64,000 bases of DNA, from contig JAJYGF010000013.1 in assembly GCA_021785125.1 (NCBI GenBank), positions 41,413 through 105,412 of the forward strand. The letters are read 5' to 3'. Each line of letters starts with the position of its first letter. Within the stretch, counting starts at the first letter, position 1. Both the position numbers and the translations under genes were made by a program. Shown here piece after piece: positions 58,538-64,000 of this stretch. The notes under the pieces were generated by a model. The model was not told the DNA's origin and did no database searches. It worked only from the letters and a program-made list of their open reading frames with translations. The DNA is from a bacterium (lineage in GTDB: Bacteria; Patescibacteriota; Minisyncoccia; Moranbacterales; UBA2206).

Positions 58538-60265
58538 TTGAAAGAATATATGACACACAAGATTTGGAACGTAAAAGATAAAATTTCAGAGATAAGTTCC
58601 GGATTGAGGGATAAATTCCATCCGGTCGTCCTCCAGCTTCTTCACAATCGCGGCATTCTGACCGATCAAGCGATTGAAAAATTCTTCAACTTTAGCTATG
58701 ACGCCGACGTGCATAACCCGTTTTTATTCAAGGATATGCAAAAAGCCGTCGGTCGGATCATCCAGGCCAAAGAAAAAGGTGAGAAAATCGCCGTTTTCGG
58801 CGATTATGACGCGGATGGTGTGACAGCCACGGCTCTTCTTTTCGAAGCCTTGTCGGATCTGGGCTTCAAAGATGTCGTCGCGTATATTCCGGATCGGCAG
58901 AGCGAAGGATATGGCATGAACACGTCGGCTGTCGGATATTTGTCAAAAGAAGGCGTCCGATTGATTGTTACGGTCGATTGCGGCATCACTAATATGGCCG
59001 AAGTGAAAAAAGCCGAAAGCCTTGGAATCGATGTGATCGTAACCGATCATCATCATGTGCCGAAAGATCTGCCGCAAGCCGTCGCTCTAATCAATCCGCA
59101 CAGGGAAAATTGTGGCTATCCTTTTACCGATCTGGCCGGCGTAGGCGTGGCTTTCAAATTGGCGCAGGCATTATATATGAAGATGGAACCGGCCAAGATC
59201 GACCGATTGAAGTGGCTTTTGGACTTGGTGGTGATCGGCACGGTGGCGGATTGCGTGCCCTTGATCGGAGAAAATCGGGTGTTGGTGAAATACGGATTAG
59301 TCGTGCTATCAAAAACTCGCCGGGCGGGGCTTTTGGAAATGTTCAAAGTTGGGCGGATTTCGATCGATGAAAATAACGTTCCGGATACGCGGAAGATCGC
59401 TTTCCAGATCGCTCCGCGCATCAACGCAGCCGGACGGATGGATCATGCCAGCATATCATATAGACTGATGATTGAAAAAAATACGGTCATGGGCCGTGAT
59501 ATGGCGCTGGAAGTCGAAAAGAAGAATCAGGATCGCCAAAAAATCACCGGTGAGATCGCCAGAGAAGTGCGGACCTTGGCGGAAAATTCTTTCAAGGATA
59601 GGAAATTGATCTTTGCATCAAACGAGCATTGGCAGGTTGGAATTCTCGGCCTCATTGCCGGTCGGATCGCGGATGAATTCAATAAACCGACGGCTATCTT
59701 CCAGAAGCAGGGTGGGGAATTTGTCGGATCCTTCCGCAGTATCGATCAAGTCAATATCATTGAAGCGCTTGAAAAATGTTCGGATCTTCTGATTCGCTTC
59801 GGCGGACATTCGCAGGCGGCCGGCGTGACCGTCAAAGAAGAAAATATGGAAAAATTATATGAAAAATTGTCCGATCTGATCGAAAAAGAATTGGCTGGCA
59901 AGGATATCGCGCCGAGCATTGATGTCGATGCGGAGATATCCGCTGGAGATGTCGATTGGAACTTGCTCCAAGAAATAAAAATGATGGAACCGTTCGGCGA
60001 AGGCAATGAAGAGCCGGTCTTTCTGATGAAGAACCTCCTGGTTGAAGATGTGAAGACTGTCGGCAATGGCAGCAAACACATGAAGCTCGGCTTGCGTTCC
60101 GAGGGCGTTCCGAAGCTGTTTGAATCGATCGGATTCGGATTGGGCGAAAATGCCTTGGACTTGAAAGCCGGTGATTCAATCGATATCGTTTGCAATCTGC
60201 AGGAGGATGAATGGAATGGGAACAAAAAGATACAGTTCAATCTTGTGGATATAAAAAGAACTTGA
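58538..60265 (+). CDS. recJ: Single-stranded-DNA-specific exonuclease RecJ
   Basis: DHH motifs (GDYDADGVTA, DHH), DHHA1 domain, C-terminal OB. Confidence 0.85.
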   Translation: MKEYMTHKIWNVKDKISEISSGLRDKFHPVVLQLLHNRGILTDQAIEKFFNFSYDADVHNPFLFKDMQKAVGRIIQAKEKGEKIAVFGDYDADGVTATALLFEALSDLGFKDVVAYIPDRQSEGYGMNTSAVGYLSKEGVRLIVTVDCGITNMAEVKKAESLGIDVIVTDHHHVPKDLPQAVALINPHRENCGYPFTDLAGVGVAFKLAQALYMKMEPAKIDRLKWLLDLVVIGTVADCVPLIGENRVLVKYGLVVLSKTRRAGLLEMFKVGRISIDENNVPDTRKIAFQIAPRINAAGRMDHASISYRLMIEKNTVMGRDMALEVEKKNQDRQKITGEIAREVRTLAENSFKDRKLIFASNEHWQVGILGLIAGRIADEFNKPTAIFQKQGGEFVGSFRSIDQVNIIEALEKCSDLLIRFGGHSQAAGVTVKEENMEKLYEKLSDLIEKELAGKDIAPSIDVDAEISAGDVDWNLLQEIKMMEPFGEGNEEPVFLMKNLLVEDVKTVGNGSKHMKLGLRSEGVPKLFESIGFGLGENALDLKAGDSIDIVCNLQEDEWNGNKKIQFNLVDIKRT

Positions 60266-60284
60266 AATATGCTAGAATATAATC

Positions 60285-60716
60285 ATGGATGAAAAAATAA
60301 CCATGTTCACCGACGGCGGTTCAAGGAACAATCCGGGTCCGGCGGCGATCGGTGTCTATATTGAAACGCTCGGTAAAAAATATTCGGAATATATCGGTGA
60401 AAAAACCAATAATGAAGCCGAATATATGGCGCTTATCTTCGGCCTGCAGAAATTGAAACAGCTTCTGGGCAAAGAGAAGATGAAGCAAGCGGAGGTCGAT
60501 TGCTATTTGGACAGCGAACTGGTTGTGAAGCAGTTGAACCACGAATATAAATTAAAAGAAAAACATATCCAGGAGTTTTTCATCGATATCTGGAATCTGA
60601 TGTTGGATTTCAAGTCGGTTCGGTTCACCCATGTTTTGCGGGAAAAAAATAAGATTGCCGATGCTTTGGTGAATGAGGCGTTGGACGCGAGGAAAAAACA
60701 AAATAATTTGTTCTAA
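60285..60716 (+). CDS. rnhA: Ribonuclease HI
   Basis: DGGSRNNPGPAAIGV, NNEAEYMALIFGL, catalytic DEDD context. Confidence 0.85.
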   Translation: MDEKITMFTDGGSRNNPGPAAIGVYIETLGKKYSEYIGEKTNNEAEYMALIFGLQKLKQLLGKEKMKQAEVDCYLDSELVVKQLNHEYKLKEKHIQEFFIDIWNLMLDFKSVRFTHVLREKNKIADALVNEALDARKKQNNLF

Positions 60717-60790
60717 AATAAATATTTCAAGACATTGGATGTCCGACGCGCCGAAAGGTTAAAGACATCCGATGTCCAGCGTTAGCAAAT

Positions 60791-61798
60791 ATGACAAAAA
60801 AACGCATAATCTGGCTGATCATAATCATCGCCGTGATCATCAGCGGATATCTGATGCTTCGCAAGAAGCCAGTCAGTCCGTACACGACGGAAGCGGCAAC
60901 GCGGGGAAATTTAAAACAGACCGTCTCTTCGACCGGAACTTTGAAAGCGGAGCAGGAGATAGATCTGAACTATAAAGCGGTCGCGAAGATCGACAGCATC
61001 TTGGTGAATGTGGGCGATGCGGTCAAGAAAGGGCAATTATTGGCTGTCATCGATCAAGAGACTTTGCCCGAACAATTGGTCCAGGCTCGGGCCAATTTCG
61101 TCACCCAGAAACAGACTTTGATAAATATGAAAAGAAGGGATGATCTGTACAATGGCGCTCAGGTGGAAGCGCAAAGAGCGGTGGTTGATTCGGCCCAAGC
61201 CGGCATCGATTCGATCCTGACTCAGATCGCGAATACGAAAATAATTTCTCCGATCGACGGCATCGTCACTCAGAAAAACGGCGATGTCGGAGAGCTGACC
61301 TCATTGACGACGCCGATCCTGACCGTGGCCAGCCCCGGACAATTGCATATCGAGTCGAACATCTCGGAATCGGATATTGCCAAAGTGGCGGTCGGGCAAA
61401 CCGCCCAGGTGACTTTTGACGCGTTCGGGCAGAATCAGATCTTCAATGCGACAGTGACTGATATCGATCCGGCGGCAACTGTGATTTCGGACGTGGTCTA
61501 TTATCGCGTGAAACTTAATCTGGACAACAATGACCCGCGCTTGAAATCCGGAATGAGCGCCAATGTCGATATTTTGACGGCGGAAAAAGACAATGTTTTA
61601 ATGATTCCGCAAAGGGCGGTCAAGACGGACAATAATGGCCAGCAATACGTAGACGTTTTGATAGGAACGGACGTGAAAACGCAAACCACACAGAGAAAAA
61701 ATGTTGAAACGGGATTGTCCGGCGATGACGGGATGATTGAAATAAAATCCGGATTGAATGAAGGGGATAAGGTGGTAACATTCACGAAGGCTTCTTAG
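60791..61798 (+). CDS. HlyD/MacA-family periplasmic adaptor subunit
   Basis: N-terminal TM, coiled-coil, beta-barrel and MP domains. Confidence 0.75.
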   Translation: MTKKRIIWLIIIIAVIISGYLMLRKKPVSPYTTEAATRGNLKQTVSSTGTLKAEQEIDLNYKAVAKIDSILVNVGDAVKKGQLLAVIDQETLPEQLVQARANFVTQKQTLINMKRRDDLYNGAQVEAQRAVVDSAQAGIDSILTQIANTKIISPIDGIVTQKNGDVGELTSLTTPILTVASPGQLHIESNISESDIAKVAVGQTAQVTFDAFGQNQIFNATVTDIDPAATVISDVVYYRVKLNLDNNDPRLKSGMSANVDILTAEKDNVLMIPQRAVKTDNNGQQYVDVLIGTDVKTQTTQRKNVETGLSGDDGMIEIKSGLNEGDKVVTFTKAS

Positions 61799-61993
61799 AC
61801 ATTGGATGTCTAAGTGTTAGGCGGCCTGTCCGCTGCATCTCAAAAGCTGAGCTTTAAAGAATCCTTAAAGGAAACTCAAAAGCTCAGCTTTGGGATACTC
61901 GGCGGACAGGCCGCTTGAATTGAAAGTATTTTTGAAAATAAAAAGCCCGCTTACTTTCCACGAATGTTATCGTAGATTTTCAGCGGAGCTTCA

Positions 61994-62146
61994 CTAAAGG
62001 AGGCCACCCACGGATAATATAGTGCCAAAACAAAACATAAGTATTTTGTTAGGTGCTTGCATGTGGGTGCAAAAGGTAAGGACTAAAGTCAGCATGATGC
62101 AAATTGAAAACATCATGACGTCTAACTTTGTGTATCTCTCGCTCAT
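61994..62146 (-). CDS. Unannotated 50-aa Cys-rich hydrophobic peptide with strong RBS
   Basis: AGGAGG 6 nt upstream of ATG; MSERYTKLDVMMFSICIMLTLVLTFCTHMQAPNKILMFCFGTILSVGGLL; below the ORF-track length cutoff. Confidence 0.4.
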   Translation of the reverse strand: MSERYTKLDVMMFSICIMLTLVLTFCTHMQAPNKILMFCFGTILSVGGLL

Positions 62147-62214
62147 TGCGTGCCTCCTGTAAACGGTGAATGTGATTTTTAAGGTGTTTTAAATTATACT
62201 CTTTATTTTATTAA

Positions 62215-62940
62215 ATGTCAAGTTCAATAATCCAAGTTAAAAATCTTCAAAAGACGTACGATAGCGACGGCGTTTTGACTCCCGCGGTGAAAGGAGTTTC
62301 TTTTGGAATTGAAAAAGGCGAGTTTGTCTCGATCATGGGTCCGAGCGGATCCGGCAAATCGACGCTCATGCAGATGCTGGGTTTTTTGGATCGGCCGAGC
62401 GGCGGGGAATATATTTTTGATGGCACGAACACGGAGAATTTTTCTGATGATCAGTTGGCCACGATCCGTAATGAAAAGATCGGATTCGTTTTTCAGACTT
62501 TCAACCTTCTGCCGAAAACGACCGTCTTTGAAAATGTGGAATTGCCGTTGATGTATGATCCGCATATCTCAAAGATAAACGAAGAACAGGTTCTGGATGC
62601 TTTGAAAAGCGTGGGGATGGACCATCGCAAAGATTATTTTTCCAACCAGCTGTCCGGCGGGGAAAGACAGCGGGTGGCGATCGCCCGCGCCTTGGTCAAC
62701 AATCCGAGCGTGATTTTTGCGGACGAGCCGACCGGCAACTTGGATTCCAAATCCGGCACGCAGGTGATGAAAATTCTTCAAGCTTTGAATGACGCCGGCA
62801 ACACAATCGTGCTTGTCACGCACGAAACTTTCACAGCCGAGCATGGAAAGAGAATGATCCAAATGAAAGATGGAGAAATTGTTTCTGATCAGAAAATAAC
62901 CAACCGCCGCTTCGCGACAGATGGAGAGTTGTTGAAATAA
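62215..62940 (+). CDS. MacB/LolD-type ABC transporter ATP-binding protein
   Basis: Walker [19 protein letters not shown], Walker B IFADEPT. Confidence 0.85.
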   Translation: MSSSIIQVKNLQKTYDSDGVLTPAVKGVSFGIEKGEFVSIMGPSGSGKSTLMQMLGFLDRPSGGEYIFDGTNTENFSDDQLATIRNEKIGFVFQTFNLLPKTTVFENVELPLMYDPHISKINEEQVLDALKSVGMDHRKDYFSNQLSGGERQRVAIARALVNNPSVIFADEPTGNLDSKSGTQVMKILQALNDAGNTIVLVTHETFTAEHGKRMIQMKDGEIVSDQKITNRRFATDGELLK

Positions 62941-64000
62941 ATGCAATTTACAGATCCTGTCAAAATCGCATACAGAAATCTGGCGGCGAATAAGTTTCGC
63001 TCGTTTTTGACTATTTTGGGAATCATCATCGGTGTCGGTTCTGTCATTTTAATCATGGCCATCGGCCAATCGGCGCAAGGCTTGATCCTGGACCAGATCA
63101 AAGGTGTCGGATCGAATCTGGTCGTGGTCATGCCGGGCGGTAGCGATGAAAAGGGACCGCCGGCGGAAGCGATGGGAATCAAGATTACCACTTTGAAATA
63201 CGACGACTTTCTGGCAGTGACTGACACTAACAACGTGCCGGAAGTGCAGGACGGCGCGGCGTATGTGCAGGCGAACGAGATCGTGGACTACAACGGCAAT
63301 GAGATGTCATATTCCATAAACGGCGTGACGCATGATTATGCCAATGTCGAGAATATCGACATCCAAAAAGGCCGTTCGTTTCTGCCGGAAGAAGATACGA
63401 ATATGGCGCGTGTGGCCGTCATCGGCGCGAATGTGCAACGCGATCTTTTCAATAGGGATGACGCAGTCGGCAAACAGATTAAAATCAACGATCAATTGTT
63501 TACGGTGGTCGGAGTTTTCAAGGTCAAAGGCGGCGCTGGCTTCGGCGGCGGAGCGACGGACGACATGATTCTTCTGCCGTTTCGGACGACGCAGAAGTTA
63601 ATTTTGGGCATTGATTACATCGACATAATGCGTCTGCGGATCACGGATGCGTCGCAGATCCAGGCGGCCAAGGATGACATCGCCAAAACTTTGCGTATCC
63701 GGCACAATATTTCCGATCCGACAAATGATGATTTTTCCGTGCGCGACATCGCCTCGGCCCTGTCGGCTGTCACGAGCGTCACGGACGTCTTGCGCTATTT
63801 TCTTTTGGCAGTGGCTTCCATTTCTCTTTTGGTCGGCGGAGTCGGCATCATGAATATCATGCTTATCTCCGTCAATCAACGCATCCATGAAGTGGGTCTC
63901 CGGAAAGCGGTAGGGGCCAAAAACTCCGATATCCTCGAGCAATTTTTGATCGAATCGGCCACGATCACTCTGGTCGGAGGATTGGTCGGCATAATTTGGG
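62941..64000 (+). CDS. MacB-type FtsX-family ABC permease (3' end beyond window)
   Basis: N-terminal TM FRSFLTILGIIIGVGSVI, large periplasmic domain, no stop before window end. Confidence 0.7.
   Translation, partial: MQFTDPVKIAYRNLAANKFRSFLTILGIIIGVGSVILIMAIGQSAQGLILDQIKGVGSNLVVVMPGGSDEKGPPAEAMGIKITTLKYDDFLAVTDTNNVPEVQDGAAYVQANEIVDYNGNEMSYSINGVTHDYANVENIDIQKGRSFLPEEDTNMARVAVIGANVQRDLFNRDDAVGKQIKINDQLFTVVGVFKVKGGAGFGGGATDDMILLPFRTTQKLILGIDYIDIMRLRITDASQIQAAKDDIAKTLRIRHNISDPTNDDFSVRDIASALSAVTSVTDVLRYFLLAVASISLLVGGVGIMNIMLISVNQRIHEVGLRKAVGAKNSDILEQFLIESATITLVGGLVGIIW

Noticed and set aside
1-64000. CRISPR arrays or rRNA genes
   Set aside because: No regularly spaced direct repeats with unique spacers and no rRNA-like conserved stretches were seen anywhere in the window.

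Overview
This 64 kb window reads as a small-genome bacterium, possibly a CPR/Patescibacteria-like lineage. Most of it is about 50% GC housekeeping sequence, broken by an AT-rich accessory region at roughly 7.5-19.1 kb.

Housekeeping content:
- The tail of a type IV pilus assembly operon (PilN-like and PilO-like proteins).
- A four-tRNA array on the minus strand (Arg-UCU, His, Lys, Arg-UCG).
- Translation and core metabolism genes: tsaD, proS, an archaeal-type aspS, ispH, pgk, eno, gpmI, rnhA, recJ, scpAB and mraY.
- A D-Ala-D-Ala carboxypeptidase, two ECF sigma factors each followed by a membrane protein, a sensor histidine kinase, two receiver-domain proteins, a P-type ATPase, several transporters, and a MacA/MacB-type efflux set.

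The accessory region:
- It is anchored on a tRNA-Glu gene (minus strand, 11354..11429).
- Two degenerate copies of the tRNA 3' end at 9762..9782 and 7652..7666 suggest serial integration events.
- It carries an IS481-like DDE transposase, an RHS-core pseudogene fragment, a possible toxin-antitoxin-like ORF pair, a TrmB-like regulator and an AsnA-like class II aaRS paralog lacking the anticodon-binding domain.
- The most notable content is the four-gene operon at 12991..17416. It encodes an archaeal-type SAM synthetase, a GluRS paralog with degenerate HIGH and KMSKS motifs, a nucleotide pyrophosphatase/alkaline-phosphatase-family enzyme and an S51 (PepE/cyanophycinase-type) peptidase. This looks like an undescribed, possibly tRNA- or aminoacyl-adenylate-dependent small-molecule or modification pathway.

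Other structure worth noting:
- A REP-associated tyrosine transposase (RAYT) sits between pgk and eno, with identical 29-nt REP palindromes, one of them in-frame inside the RAYT gene.
- A telomere-like (TTAGGG)n G-tract / C-tract block lies inside a four-helix-bundle gene.
- An ~85 nt intergenic element occurs twice.
- A 13-nt palindrome occurs three times around macA, next to an unannotated 50-aa Cys-rich hydrophobic peptide ORF.
- A Met/Gly-rich membrane protein and a Gly/Tyr-rich secreted protein follow the second ECF sigma factor.

No rRNA genes or CRISPR arrays were seen. All calls rest on reading motifs by eye; no database searches were run.
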